A stretch of 64,000 nt of DNA. It comes from Mytilus edulis. Taxonomy: Eukaryota. Below are positions 1 to 13,341 of the stretch, one piece after another. The translations under genes were made by a program, and so were the position numbers. The stretch is from the NCBI RefSeq assembly GCF_963676685.1, contig NC_092352.1, positions 3,968,001 to 4,032,000 of the forward strand, written 5' to 3'. The notes beneath the pieces were generated by a model. That model made no database searches. It was not told the DNA's origin and saw only the letters and a program-made list of their open reading frames with translations. Numbering within the stretch: the first letter of the stretch is position 1; the number at the start of each line of letters is the position of its first letter.

Positions 1-41
1 AAAGTTGTTTATTTTGTTTTATCTTTACTTTTGTTCGAAAT

Positions 42-230
42 ATAAAGGCAACTGTAGTATACCGCTGTTCGAAATTCATAAATCGATTGAGAGAAAAAAC
101 AAATTCGGGTAACAAACTAATACTGAGAGAAACACATTAAATATAAGAGGAGAAATAGGACACAAAAGAAACACATCATTAAAATGTAACACACACAGAA
201 ACGAACTATAATATAAAACAAACTTACCAT
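42..230 (-). repeat. 3' tail fragment of a dispersed retro-repeat (ends ...CAGCGGTATACTACTGTTGCCTTTA on its own strand)
   Basis: The same terminus recurs at ~2555-2745 (-), ~6057-6250 (-), ~26602-26747 (-) and 28090-28418 (+). In the last copy it follows the twister-like motif. Confidence 0.75.
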
Positions 231-799
231 TTGATGTCTTTAAAATCCACAGAAACATGAAAACAAAAGTAAAACGATGCATTGTATCCAGTAGATATAA
301 CAATAAGCGTTCTATCTGTATAAATATCTAAATCTGCAGTCACTTCATCATATGATAAAACCTGGAGTACTTGAAGTTTGTATGACTATGCTTCATAATC
401 TTTTCCGCAGGGTCAATAAGGACACTTGATCTTAATTATTCTTTTGTTTATGTTTCGTTATTGCCGTTATCAATAATTAGTATATAGAATGGAAGTCAGA
501 GTTTTATATTATAATAAGATTGTACCTTTATTATATAATGCAGATACAGTTTTTTATATTTAAAATACCATCCCAAAACTCCATGCGTCTGATAGGCTTT
601 CTGGTTTTACTTTATCAGGAACGCTTAATATGAAAATTTCGAAAGCCAATAATGTATAAATATATGTATATATTAGGAGATATATAACAAAAGGCAGATT
701 CTGGTCGTCTTTGGTCCATTTTGGTATTGCTGTCACAATGCCGTATAATCGTCACAATCAATATATCTTTTGTTCATGAAGATAATTATTTCAAATATA

Positions 800-2219
800 A
801 AAGAGGGACGAAAGATATCAGAGGGACAGTCAAACTCATAAATCGAAAATAAACTGACAACGCCATGGCTAAAAATGAAAAGGACAAACAGACAAACAAT
901 TATAGTACACATGACACAACATAGAAAACTAAAGAATTTACAACACTAACCCCACCAAAAACTAGGGGTGATCTCAGGTGCTTCGGAAGGGTAAGCAGAT
1001 CCTGCTCCACATGTGGCACACATCGTGTTGTTTATGAGATAACTAATCCGGTAAATAGGTCACATTTATGAAAGGGAAGGGGATTGTAGTTACGACGTAA
1101 GGAACATATCCGATACCATTTGGGAAACGGTTATTCCATAACGGTCAACCAACTCGTGACGGAGTCCGTAAATTAAATTTCCGAAGAGATGATTTCAACT
1201 TCACCATTTGGAACATAGCTTCCTTGTGAGCAACAACCCTCTATCAAGAAAATCATGATAGGAAATGCAAGCATGGGAATATCGTATCAATTGGGAGATA
1301 TATACACCGTATGCAGGTGCTTCTGGAATGTTGCTACTTAGAAATGGACAGTTCACAATTGGAAAGCTGAAATCATCTCTTTTGTCGTAAAGTTTTGTTT
1401 CAATCGACCCTCATTGTCAATTTCTAGATGTAAGTCAAGATATGAGGCCGACTTAACTGTATCTGTTGTATCCTTAATCTCTTGTTCAATAGGATAGATG
1501 CATTCGACATAGTCACCAAATTTTAAATTATTTAGTGAAAGAACATCATCTATATAGCAGAAAGTAGAGTTCAAGGATATTGCTAACTTCTTATCTTTCT
1601 TCTAAAGAAGTTGATGTACGTAGTCAGCCTGATTCACGCCACCTCTAGAATAGGCAGTTTCACAATAACTTTGAAGCCCGTCTTTGATTGCTGATAAAAT
1701 AGATGTTAATAATTTAGAAAGAAGTTTCATGGAGAACTTGGAAGACCCAGCAATATACCGTTGTTTGTAAGGACACTTATGCAGAGTATGTATCCAATAC
1801 AGTGATGGAAGATCCAGTTCATCATCTTTGATTGAAATTTTAAAGGAACATAGAACAGACCTGTGATTATCTAGGATTTCCTCTTTGGTAAGTGTCGTGA
1901 GGGTATATGTTGGGTTTCCAAGTGAATTGTCAATACATAATTCGTTTATCAAGCAATGAGTTTTACACACAAAAACGATTTTGTTTTGGGCTTTATCTGC
2001 GGGGACAACAACATATTTGTTATGAAGGTAGGATAAGTGTTTTGCAAGATTAGGGTCTTTAAAGATTGACGTAGCATGGGCATTGATAGACCCATTCAGT
2101 TTCTTAATTCTGATTTGTATCAACGACCTCACTGCCTTAATCCATTCGGAAAGAGTGTCTACGTCTTCCTTCTCACGCTTAGCACATTGCCTGGCATAAT
2201 CGTCGACTGAATCCATCAA
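800..2219 (-). mobile_element. Penelope-like retroelement (family 1), degenerate reverse transcriptase plus 3' UTR
   Basis: ORFs 1602-2219 (VVPADKA, LPSLYWI..LHK.PYKQRYI) and 1353-1574 (YIDD, SYLDL) are PLE-type RT motifs. It is near-identical to 27079-29243 but lacks ~410 bp of the RT core and has frameshifts. Confidence 0.88.
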
Positions 2220-3152
2220 AATTTATAATATTCCATATAGAATGTAAATTTTCATCAAACAAATATGCAAAAAAAACTATTGATAGATACCAGGCTTTAA
2301 TTTTTTTACACAAGACAAACAAAAAAAGATTATTAATGAACCCTGAGTTTATTACAGTTAAATCCTTAGCTTTTGTTTCTGATGATTTGACCATTCTCAA
2401 TAAAGGTAAATCCATTAATGCACTTCAGACGCATCTGTCACATACATTTTCCGAAGAAAAAGACATGGGGATCATTTGTTAATCCAAAATTGTGTAGTTC
2501 TGGTCAACCGTCTTTTGTTTTAAAATACGATTGACCAAAAAATTATTAACCCAGATAAAGGCAACAGTAGTATACCGCTGTTCAATATTCATAAATCGAT
2601 TATGCGAAAACAAATCTGGGTCATAAACCAAAACCGATGGAAACACATCAACTATAAGAGGAAAACAACAGAGCAACAGTGAAATACAACAAAAATAAAC
2701 GCCAACATCCATAAAAATTTAATATTTGATAACAACTGCCAAATTCCATAAGTCTCGTCCACATCATTATCATATTTTGTAGTACTTAATACTCAATACT
2801 ATTTTGTAGCGTCTGGTCCTTCAGAAAAGAGAGTTTTTTTTGCATAGATATATTAGTCTTTGTTAGCCAATTGAATTACCAATAGTATGTTGCTTTATTT
2901 TTAAATAAACTTCAATTTCATTTATAGTCCTTTTTATACATCTATGTACTGTAGCGGGTCAAGGTATCTTTGATTAACATTGCTACTGTTTTTCTATTTA
3001 TACTTACCACTTCTACGTAATAACATATCACATCTTCTGGTCAATCGCATAGTGCTCGCCTACTCAATTGATATATTAGAAGCGTACGTTTTGACGTCAT
3101 GCGATATCGATTACAAGGGGAGCTTGAATAACGCAGAAAATGTCAGGTCTAA

Positions 3153-3724
3153 GGTAGCAATACACAGTTGGAAGTTTAGTTTCGCATTATGTAGTGGATT
3201 TATATGAACATTTAGATTGTTTTTAACATGTTTTATAGGCCATTTATCTGTTTGACAGTCCGTATTTTCCTATCCCTACCGCACATAGGTCATAAATTAT
3301 TGTAGTGTTTATCAACAAAGATTTTGCGCTCGATCTTTTCAATTCAATTTTATGGACAAACGAGCAGAAACACAAATGATTTTTTTGGACCACTTGATAG
3401 ATATAAACCTATGGTTTCATGAAAGGTATCACTGAAATTGATTGAAATTTTCCTTTGGACCAAATTTTGAAGACTTTTGTGACATGTTCACCCCAATATT
3501 TTGTATCAAAGAAATGCAGATTGTTGCCATGGTTATACCCAAAAGGTATTATATTTCACCATTATGACCACCATAAATCAAATCTATGGAAGATTCTCTT
3601 TCTTTAAATATATACATGCATACCACAAATATTAAGCCTTATTTGTTAGAAAGGAGGGGAAAGAGGGTGTTTAAAAATTATGAGTGTCAATTTTAACTTT
3701 TTTTCCTAACTATGTATTGCTACC
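3153..3724. mobile_element. Tourist/Harbinger-type MITE
   Basis: TIRs GGTAGCAATACACAGTT / AACTATGTATTGCTACC (1 mismatch), with TAA on both sides (3150-3152, 3725-3727). No coding capacity. Confidence 0.85.
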
Positions 3725-4723
3725 TAAACTGCAATTGACATTGCAAAAGTTTTATGATTGGTCGTCTTAAAAATCTTTATGTACAAAACTAGTTTTCTGA
3801 CCAGCATTTGTAATGATTGTTTTCGGTTTCTTTATCGTTATATTTTTGTGGTTTATGAATTTACATTCTAAATGAGTTCTAGTTTTATCAACCAAGAATT
3901 TAAGAAAAATGTGTAAAACTCATATGCTGACAATACCCTCCTCGAGGCTACAAAACACCAGCAGCAGTATTTACCAAGTGCTAAAAACATTATAAATTTG
4001 GAGCTCCCAAAGCGCTTTTCTTGAATGGCTTTTTTACTCCAAAGAGGACATTTTGAAAATCAATGTTTTCTATAAATCTATTTATTTAAACAAATGCAAT
4101 ACAATACAACTAACATTAACAACCATAGCTGTTTAAACATAATAAATAAATAAATAAAACACTTTTAATAAAAGAAAAAAAATAGAATAGAGCTGAGATG
4201 AAAGTCTCCATGTAATCCATCATGAGTCGTTTGTCTGGGTATTACATTGATTTCATCACATATATGCGATACATGACGAAACACATGGTAATATGTAATA
4301 ACATAGTTATTCAATTTCTCCGAATTTTGGGATAAAACACGTATAAATATCACAATATATATATAAAACACTTGAATAAGTTTAAGAACATGAAATAATT
4401 GGTGCAACACTTCATGTCCTTATGACAAATTAAATGCATAGTTGGTTTTCCGATTTGTGATCATATGTTTCATAGTTTCCATTTAATCACTTATCACTCT
4501 TTTGCTTTTGGAAAATTTCAAAGCTAACTTCTTTTTAATTTTTTTTTATAGAATTAATAGGCAAGCTTAACACTCTCCGTCTAAATAACACTTAGACTAG
4601 TCCCTATTTGGCAGTAAGCAATAAAACATAACAACATATTGATAATTTGCCTCATTCAAAGCTCCACTTACAGTATAAGTTTGATTGGTTTTAAGCATTC
4701 CAAAATTATAGTCCCATCAATTA

Positions 4724-7700
4724 CTATGTCTTGTTGAATTTTTGCACGAGACTTAAAACTGAATTTGACTGTTTGATTGTTTCCGGCGATTGACTGTCAG
4801 ATGAACTTGATTGATTACATGTGACAGACGACTGACCTTTATCGTTTTCCTGTGATATATTTTTATTGTCATCGCTTGGACCTTCATTTATTTGAGCAGA
4901 CCCAATTTGTGTTGCATAAAGTGGATTTTCTTGTGTATCTAGTCCTATAGCTTCATAGTCACACCCATCTTGTGTCGATACAGGTTTATTTAAGACTTCT
5001 ATATGTCCTGATTTGTCTTGACTATCTGTCATTTGAACCGGATTATGTGATTGCATTATATTCGTCGGCTCGGTGTCTTTCTTGATTGGTTTTGGTAATG
5101 GTTTACGAACAGGTTTATTGTCAATAGCTACATTTTCAGACTTGATTATTTTCGGTGAAGGTTTAGGCGATGGTTTAGGTCCTTTCAAAATTGATTTTAT
5201 TGCTGCTTTTGGTTTCGGTGGCTGTACACAACGTTCAGCGATTTCATATTCATTCTCATATAATTCATTGGAAGCAGACTCCTGATTTTTGTTGCCGCCA
5301 TTAGGAGTATCGTACAGACTTGTATACAGCTGCTTTTGGTGATCACGTGACTCGGACGCACTAGGCATCTCATAAACACGTGGTTTAACCATCGGCATGT
5401 TTGCATAATCTATCGGTTCGATTCTCTCCCCATCCATAGCAGAATATCCAGGATTGGTTGCTATAATGTTTGTCTCCCCATCATTTTTTCTATTCCATCT
5501 GATGATTTTTCTGACACGTGCAAGTAACGTGTTGTTTTGCTCCGGCGCTGAATATATGTAAGATATTCTTTGGTCTGCTGAACTTGGTTCTGCATTGAAT
5601 ACACCACGTCTGAAAAAAAAACATATTTCTACAGCAGCAATAAAAATATACAGATGGCTATTTTCTAAACAGCTAAAAGACCAAATATGTCCAACCTCTG
5701 CTAAAGGATGTAGCAAATTCTTTTTTTTTTCAAAATCTAAATTTTTCGACTGCTACTTTCAGTGTATAAATTTCACATAAATTCGCTATACTCGAGAGTT
5801 TATATGATAGGTAATCAGTACATTAGTTTCTCATGAATATTGCAGTTAATGGTTTGAATTACATGAATTTTTTTTGCTTAGTACTGATCTGAAGAGACAA
5901 GCCATTTTCACTTGATTTTAAGTTTTTTTCTTTGTTGTGTTTACGTTACTGTCCAAAATTATGAGTCAACTCACATTTTAGTCTCCCATTAAATGTGAAT
6001 ATAATTTCCATAAAAAGTGATGTTACTGGTGCTTAAAATTTTCGTGTAATGATGTAAATAAAGACAACAGTGGTATACCGTTGTTCAAAAGTCATGAATC
6101 GATCGAGTGAAATCAAACTAAAACCGAGGGAACGTGACACATCAACTATAGAGGAAATCAAAGGTGCAACAGGAACATTGAAGTGCAACATAAACAAACG
6201 CCAACACACATAGAAACGAAGTATTTGATAACAACTGCCATATTCTTGATAGATGAATTTACAAAACCACATTATTGACTTTTGTCAACATACATGCAGA
6301 TCGACGATTATTGACTTCAGTTCTATTCAAATGAATCTAGATAAGCTAACTATTCATTGATTACTAAAAAAAAACTTCATAGTATTTCGAATGATTTTCA
6401 TGTTTTATGAACATGTTACTTTCAAAAAATGGCGTATTGATACCATCGGGTACGTAACGCCCACCGAGAGTGTTATCGACTTTGGGTTTGTAACAAATTA
6501 TCAGATACAAATAAATTAGTGTTAGTGTTATCCATTGTATGTATGATGTGTTTGAGCTTTTGAGTTTGCCATTTGATTATGGACTTTCAGTTTTGAATTT
6601 TCCTCAGAGTTCAGTATTTTTGTTATTGTACATTTTGTTTGTTCCTTGTAATAAACCTACCTTTTGAGTATCAAAATAACAGCCACTAGTACAATGGAAG
6701 TCACTAACACGCCAAATAATACTCCCAGGATGACAGCAACTAGTGAAAATAATACAATAGTTTATTAATTATCATGTACACTGCATAAGTAAAAAAATCA
6801 AACATACTAGTTCATAAAAATGCCAGGTTCTCATATTAATCAATAAGAAAAATATGACAAGAAAAAAGATACAGAATATTATAAAACGGCTAGACTTATG
6901 ACAAGAAAACCACAACAGATGGTTAACTAATATGGTGTATGATTTCAGAATAAGAAACTTCGCATACGCTGAAATAAAGAATTTGAGTCTTACATTCTGG
7001 TATTTGAAATTTTTAATTCAAAACTGAATGAACTGGATGCTACTCAATTTAAGATCAATGTTTTTGACAATCATTTAGTAGTAATCAGTCCTTTTAAATA
7101 ACTGACAATTAAAAGAATATCTCGGTAATAAATTGTAACACGTTCATTCCAAAAATATGTTATCGTTTCGCGCAATTATCTAAAGCTGCCAAGATTGAAT
7201 TGACACAAGTTCTGATTTTTTTTAATGGTTTTTTGAAAATGATTATTTAAAAAAAAAGATGTGGTAAAATTAATTGCCAACGAGTCAACTCTCAATGCGA
7301 GACCAAATAAAAAATTATGTTTAAAGTTTCAATGGAATTTCGTCATGTTTGAACGATTGTTTCACGAGTTCACAGTTTTACAAAAGAAATAAAACAAACC
7401 TGGTGTGTCGTCATCCTCGTCATCTTCTGTCGTCACAGACTTGGGCGTTGAAGTCCGAATCGTTGTTAGTTCTAAACAATTATAAAATCAAAGTTCTATA
7501 GTCAACTTATTGTCATCATAATGTTATATATATATATATATAAATAGAATGTCGATTCCTGAATCTTACATAATTTTGCTCTCATCAGTAATTTAATTAC
7601 TGGTCGATTTATACAATAATAACCCCTACCTAAGGTAAATAATAAATAAAAAATTATTCAAAATTCGCAAAAAAAGAAAAACGAAAGATTTCAGTATACA

Positions 7701-10700
7701 GAATGTACTAATAATGTCATGTTCCCAGGCTTCACATGTACTGGAGATCTAGAGTAACCTTGGAAGGTTTCTCATAATAACACATTGGTCCTAAATTAAT
7801 TACTCCGTGATACAATAGACAAAACCCAAATGTTAATATGCAAAAGACCAATTTTGTAAGCAAGTTCACTGATGGAAACAGGTTTTTTATTCAATGTTTA
7901 ATATACACGCATCTATTACCTGGACCAAGGACGTCCTTGCCTGGACTAAAACAATTCATGAATTGGATCTTTCACAATTATGAGTTCAGGATACATCAAT
8001 TACTTATCTTTCCAACAACTTCAACAGTCTGTTAAGTCTTATTTAAAGGCTTTTGAACACCATAAACGTACCACATAAGTCAATACCACAATACTCCCAT
8101 CTAGTTTCGGGGTCAGATGTGTAACACCAAGGTCTGTCGTCTTCATCCGGGTTTCTACAGTAATTTTTATTCCCTCTTCCAAACGGCCATTGTTTTGGGA
8201 TGTGTGGAGAGTTACTGTCCCACCTCTGGCAGGTTATACCACTTGCTGTTATACTTCTAGTTCCATTGTAAAACGCTTTACCATCGATCCGGTAATAACA
8301 ATCATCTGAAATATTTAAAAACATTATTTTCTACAGTGACCTTATGTATACATTTTGCTTAAGTTCGATTGTTTAAAGTCTCAACTAACGGTCTTCCTTG
8401 CCAAAGTAGAAATGTAAGTTACTCATTTGAGTTCCTCATTAATTATATTGTCCTTACGCTATTCTAAACTTTCATCTTTGAGCTTAAGGAAGAAGGTTTG
8501 ATTTAAAAAGAGTTAAAAAAAAAGCACCCTATTAAATACAAAACTAATTATGTCAACAATAACTGTGTAAGTAAAATACAGAAAATAGTAATGAATTTTC
8601 CAAGACTCGATTGGATTTTGTAAAGAAAAAGTTCTTTCAATGAAATACAATATTTGAATACGTTGGGGGAATTTATGTAGTGGTTCCGTGTTCTATTGTT
8701 ATTTAATGGAAATATATGTATTCCCTCAAATTTTTCACGTTATTCAACAAAATTAGTTATTCATATTTAATTTCTGATTATTTTTACCCAATACCAAAGG
8801 ATAACTAGTTAGTTTCTGAATACAGGTTACTGGTTAGTTTATAAATACAGGTTACTGGTTAGTTTATGAATACAGGTTACTGGTTAGTTTATGAATACAG
8901 GTTACTGAAATGTTAGTTTATGAATAGAGTTACTGAAATGTTAGTGTATTTTAAAACGGGTTACTGAAATGTTAGTTTATGAATACCGGTACAGGTTCAT
9001 TTAATTTAAACATATTTATTTATAGTGGATTTGGAAAAAAGTTTTGCAACTTATATTAATCCCTTTCCACTTTGCGGGTGTGAGTGCATGCCTTGTAGCG
9101 GCTTTAGTCTGCTCTTTTTCGAAATCAACAAGGGTGTCTTTAACGTGCAATACAGGTTACTGGTTAGTTTCTGAATACAGGTTACTGAAATGTCAGTTTC
9201 TGAATACAAGTTACTGAAATTTTAGTTTACATGTATGAATACAGGTTACTGAAATGTCAGTTTCTGAATACAAGTTACTGATATGTTAGTTTACATGTAT
9301 GAATACAGGTTACTGAAATGTTATTGTTAGTCAAGGTACATTGTTAGTCAAGGTATATTGATAGGTCTACTGATTGCTAAATTGTGTCATTAAGAAATCT
9401 TTAAAGATAAAATAGATAAAAATAGGAAAATACTAAAAATGTAAATACTAAAAAAAGTTTTTTTCTTCAGAAAAGGTTCGGGAAATGTGAATTTGTGATC
9501 TAATTTAATCCAGACAATGTTCATTTGATAGAATTGTAGAACTGCTCGCAAATAAGTTCGTTGAATATTTATGATACATTGTAATATTTAATACAGCAGA
9601 ACAAAACCTATCCAAATAATCATATGTGCCACCATACTGTGCGCCTTATAACAATAACGTGAGCGAAGCTATATATGTTTCAAGCTTGTGAGAATTCGTA
9701 CCGTAACATATGTATCTTATATACAAACTCTCATCTGGTCCCGTACACGAATCTCCATAAATACGATCGAATGCATACAACGTGCAATTACGATTCCATT
9801 GACAACGACCTTTGACACGCAAGGTCACATCATTTGTTTTACAGAAGAAAGCGTCTCCTTCATAAGAGGCGTATTCAATAATAACAACTTTTCCTGGAGG
9901 ACATTGTAATACTTTGGTTCTGCCTTCCCTGATCTCAATTTGCTCTGAAAAAATAGTTTTCGTAAACAATGAAAAAGAATCAAGAGAGTTTATTGTCAAA
10001 TTAATTCAATTTAAACGTGATATGCTCAAAATTTATCACGATTTCGGAAGTATATGACTTCATACCCGAATGCAAAACGTATCATACTAACTTAAAGGAT
10101 TAAGTTTAAAGTTATTGATATTTAAATTTATATGAGATATTTAAAAAGAAAATGGATAGAACTGCGGTTTATTTGAGAAATTTTCACACGTTTAACGTTA
10201 TTTAATATTATGTTATCGGATTTAAAATGAATAAATAATGTGTGTGAAAACGTCGACAATTTATAATACATATAGTACAAAAACATCAACGTACGGGGAT
10301 AGTGGCTTAGAATAAATTGGTTTATGTCAGATATAATACTCTTTTATTTTTGTTATATAGTTCAAGCGAAATGTAATATTAGTTATTTTAATAAAGAATC
10401 TGAATCTGAATACGACAACAAAAAGTTTGACAAAGCTGCAGAAAACCTTTTTAATATTCTTTTATTTTTTTGAAATATTTTTTATTTTTATAACTGTTAG
10501 TAATTGTCCTTAGATCATTTTAAGCAACAGTATGGTTTGTATTTAGGTGAGCAGAAATTTAGGAGAAAAGACACTTAGTATATATATATATAAACAAACT
10601 ATAGTAAGCAATCATGCGGGTCATGTATATAGAAAGTTTGTTTATGGTAATAAGCCCTGAAGAAAAGTAATAAATTGTCTACACAGAACTAAACAAATGC

Positions 10701-10824
10701 ATTATCAAATGTATATATATATTACGTATGTATCTGCTTCAATACACTTACCTGAAGTAGCAGGTAAAATTGCTATAATCTCTATAAAAAAAAGCGTTGT
10801 CAACAAAAATAAACTAGTGTCCAT
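4724..10824 (-). CDS. Gene A: type-I membrane protein; signal peptide, SUEL/galactose-rhamnose lectin-like domain, kringle, TM, long Tyr/Pro-rich tail (~528 aa)
   Basis: Six GT-AG exons with consistent phases: 10824-10752 (MDTSLFLLTTLFFIEIIAILPATS), 9944-9702 (LQCPPGKVVIIEYASY...CQWNRNC...YGDSC...YIC), 8305-8072 (kringle: CQRWD, NYCRNPD, PWCYT, WEYC), 7471-7400 (Thr/acidic stalk), 6739-6661 (TM VAVILGVLFGVLVTSIVLVAVILILK), 5609-4724 (tail). Total 1587 nt, open frame. Confidence 0.88.
8805..9322. repeat. ~24-26 bp minisatellite (TGAATACAGGTTACTG(AAAT)GTTAGTTT) in intron 2 of gene A, split by an insertion
   Basis: Tandem units are visible at 8805-8990 and 9150-9322. Confidence 0.85.
8998..9150 (-). 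mobile_element. Probable 5'-truncated SINE fragment
   Basis: A non-repetitive ~150-bp insert inside the minisatellite. The minus strand starts TGCACGTTAAAGACACCC, resembling a conserved central SINE domain as recalled, and ends AT-rich. Confidence 0.45.
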
Positions 10825-11376
10825 CTTTGATTTAGGTAAAGGTTAAATAATGTACACATTTAAACGACCGGAAAATGAATCAAATTTAAAATGACCCGTC
10901 ACAACTATTCAAACACTAAACCTCCATAATAATAAAATGACTAACGTCACATGTTACGATATAGGTCACAGAGTACATAAAATTATTCGACTGTTAAATT
11001 TTGAATTGAAATGGAAAAAGTGTGATTGACACATCCTATGTTCCTTGTTCCTTTGTACAGCTGAATAAATAAGCATATCTACATGTAGTTCGTGCTTTAT
11101 TATTATTTCAATTACATTTAATTTGATATTAAATACTTTTTATGATATATATGTTTTATAATAGATATATTGTCCTTGAAATGTTTACTATTTAGATTAT
11201 CCTAGTAAATATATTTATATTATTTGTGTTTTCTTTGGAAAAAAAATAATGTTACGGTAGATACCAAGTGACAGATTCAAAACCTCACAAAAAAAAACCA
11301 ACAAAAAACTCCACTAAAAGAAAACTCACAAAAACATCAACAATTAAAACAATATATTATATTTCAAAATCAAATG

Positions 11377-12230
11377 ACAGATGTACTGATTGTTAGATCG
11401 AACTATATATTATATACTAATATATAAAGAAACAAGAAACTTCTAAATTTGTTTGTTACAAACAATGCGGTAGAAGCAATTGTAAGTGCTGTAAAGCCGC
11501 CAACACTGACCACTCTTTCAGCAGCACAGTAACAAAGCAGCGATACAACATCTATGTAACATCTAATTGCAAAACGGAAAATAGTATTTATATTCTTACT
11601 TGTGGAACTTGCAAGCTGCAGTATGTTGGTGAAACAGAAACTAAATTCAACATCAGACTTAACAATCACCGGTCGTTCTATACAAAAGTGAGAAAATGTC
11701 CAATTACGAGACACCTCTTAAGAACACCTCTTCAAATAATTGAGGTAAACAAAAATTGGGAGTCCGAAAGGAGAAAACAGAGAGAAAGGTTCTGAATGCA
11801 TCAGCTACGTACTCTTGAACCTGATGGACTTAATGAGAGGATGAAAAACAGTTCTTCTCAAAACCAAAGGAATAAATCATGAATTTCATTCTATTTAACT
11901 AAAACAACTATTTGTTTAGATTTAAATATTGTTATGTACAATAAACGGCAAAAATATGTTTTATATAGACCATCAATCAATTTGTTAAACTTTTACACGA
12001 ATTTTGTGTAGCTGAAGCTACAAAGATATGTTTTGTCATGCATCCGATTTCACCTAGATAGATGCACACGCCCGATGAAGCTAATTTGTTTAGCGAAATA
12101 TTGCGTGAATAATATATAAAATATAACAACTAATTTTATAACACTCATTAGTGTGTTAAAGAACATTACATTCTTAGACACGTATATACTAATATAATAT
12201 ATAGTTCGATCTAACAATCAGAACATCTGT
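11377..12230 (+). mobile_element. Penelope-like element 3' part: C-terminal GIY-YIG endonuclease pseudogene, pLTR hammerhead, inverted terminal repeat
   Basis: 11454-11838 reads CYKQCGRSNCKCCK...NCKTENSIYILTCGTCKLQYVGETE...RLNNHRS...RERF*MHQLRTLEPDGLNE, with a stop and an apparent deletion. A 36-bp inverted repeat lies at 11377-11412 / 12195-12230 (1 mismatch). Confidence 0.85.
12067..12107 (+). ncRNA. Minimal type-I hammerhead ribozyme of the PLE (core mutated, CUGAUGA>CCGAUGA)
   Basis: cacgc-CCGATGA-a-gctaa(tttgt)ttagc-GAAA-tatt-gcgtg. Stems I and II are intact and stem III is vestigial. It lies downstream of the GIY-YIG ORF. Confidence 0.65.
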
Positions 12231-12636
12231 ATTATCTGAGACTACTAGCTATAACACATAATATATATGTGTTATAGTAGTCTCAGGTATTATATATTAA
12301 AATATGTATACAAGTCTAAATTGAAAACTACGTTCAAACCTATGATTGCGTTGGATAAAAACCTCAATTTTTATACGTGTGCATGTAAAACAAATTTCGT
12401 TGTAGAAGGGTCTAAATACAGCACAAACAACATTTCCCAAAAGACTAACAGGTCGAACAACTGATGTTCTTTAACCCTGCTGACTGCCATTGGCGATTTC
12501 CAAATAAAATTGACCACAAGATCTTAATATAAATTTAATACTAAACAGAAAACAATAAACTTGTGGCCAAGATGTTATACCACATAAGGTGTAGTACATA
12601 TATATATAAGACGTTCGGCATAGCCGTACCGGATAT

Positions 12637-13341
12637 AGCGGCGTTTTGAATTTGCGCCGATCTGCATTTTATTTGCGCCGATTGTTTTACAGGTAAATTA
12701 CAGGTAAATTACAGGTGAATTACAGGTGAATAAATATACGAAGATGTGGTATTAGTGCCAATGAGACAACTCTCCATCAAAGTCAAGTTATTTTTCATTT
12801 ATCATAACAGACCTCTTCGGTAATCCACTTGTACATATGAATTGTCAAACATGTATACATATAATTGTTGTCCCCTGCTCACCCCGGGGAGATGGTACAA
12901 GGCATACAAGACACATCTGCAGACGTTTTCCTTGGTCGTATCCGTAGTTCTTCAGCTTCTGTCTTTCGGTCATCTGCCACAGGGTTATGCTCGTTCGAGG
13001 TTTTGATAATAGTCAGACTATCATAATCCGTGGTGACTCTGGCTTTACACTATTTTAAGGTACATCAGTAAGATATGTTGTTATGTTTCTGGACATTGAC
13101 CTTCCGATATGTATGGCCGTCGGTGATTAAAGAATTGACTCCTCGGCTTGTTTTAGTGTGCATTATATTCATCATGTAACAACGTAGTTCCAGAACAATA
13201 TGAATCAAAATTAACTAATTAAACATAGGTGAACAACATTTATGACCAGATTTTATCAATGGTATAGTACATGTACAAACTTACATGTAAATCTAATAAG
13301 TAGCAAATATAAAATCGGCGCAAATGTCATACGCCCAGCTG
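12637..13341 (-). mobile_element. Deleted DNA-transposon relic (MULE-like) with FLYWCH-like zinc-finger pseudogene
   Basis: Imperfect inverted ends share ATTTGCGCCGAT / ATCGGCGCAAAT. 13175-12920 (-) reads MMNIMHTKTSRGVNSLITDGHTYRK...ISY*CTLK*CKARVTTD...NEHNP with two stops. No TSD was confirmed. Confidence 0.55.
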
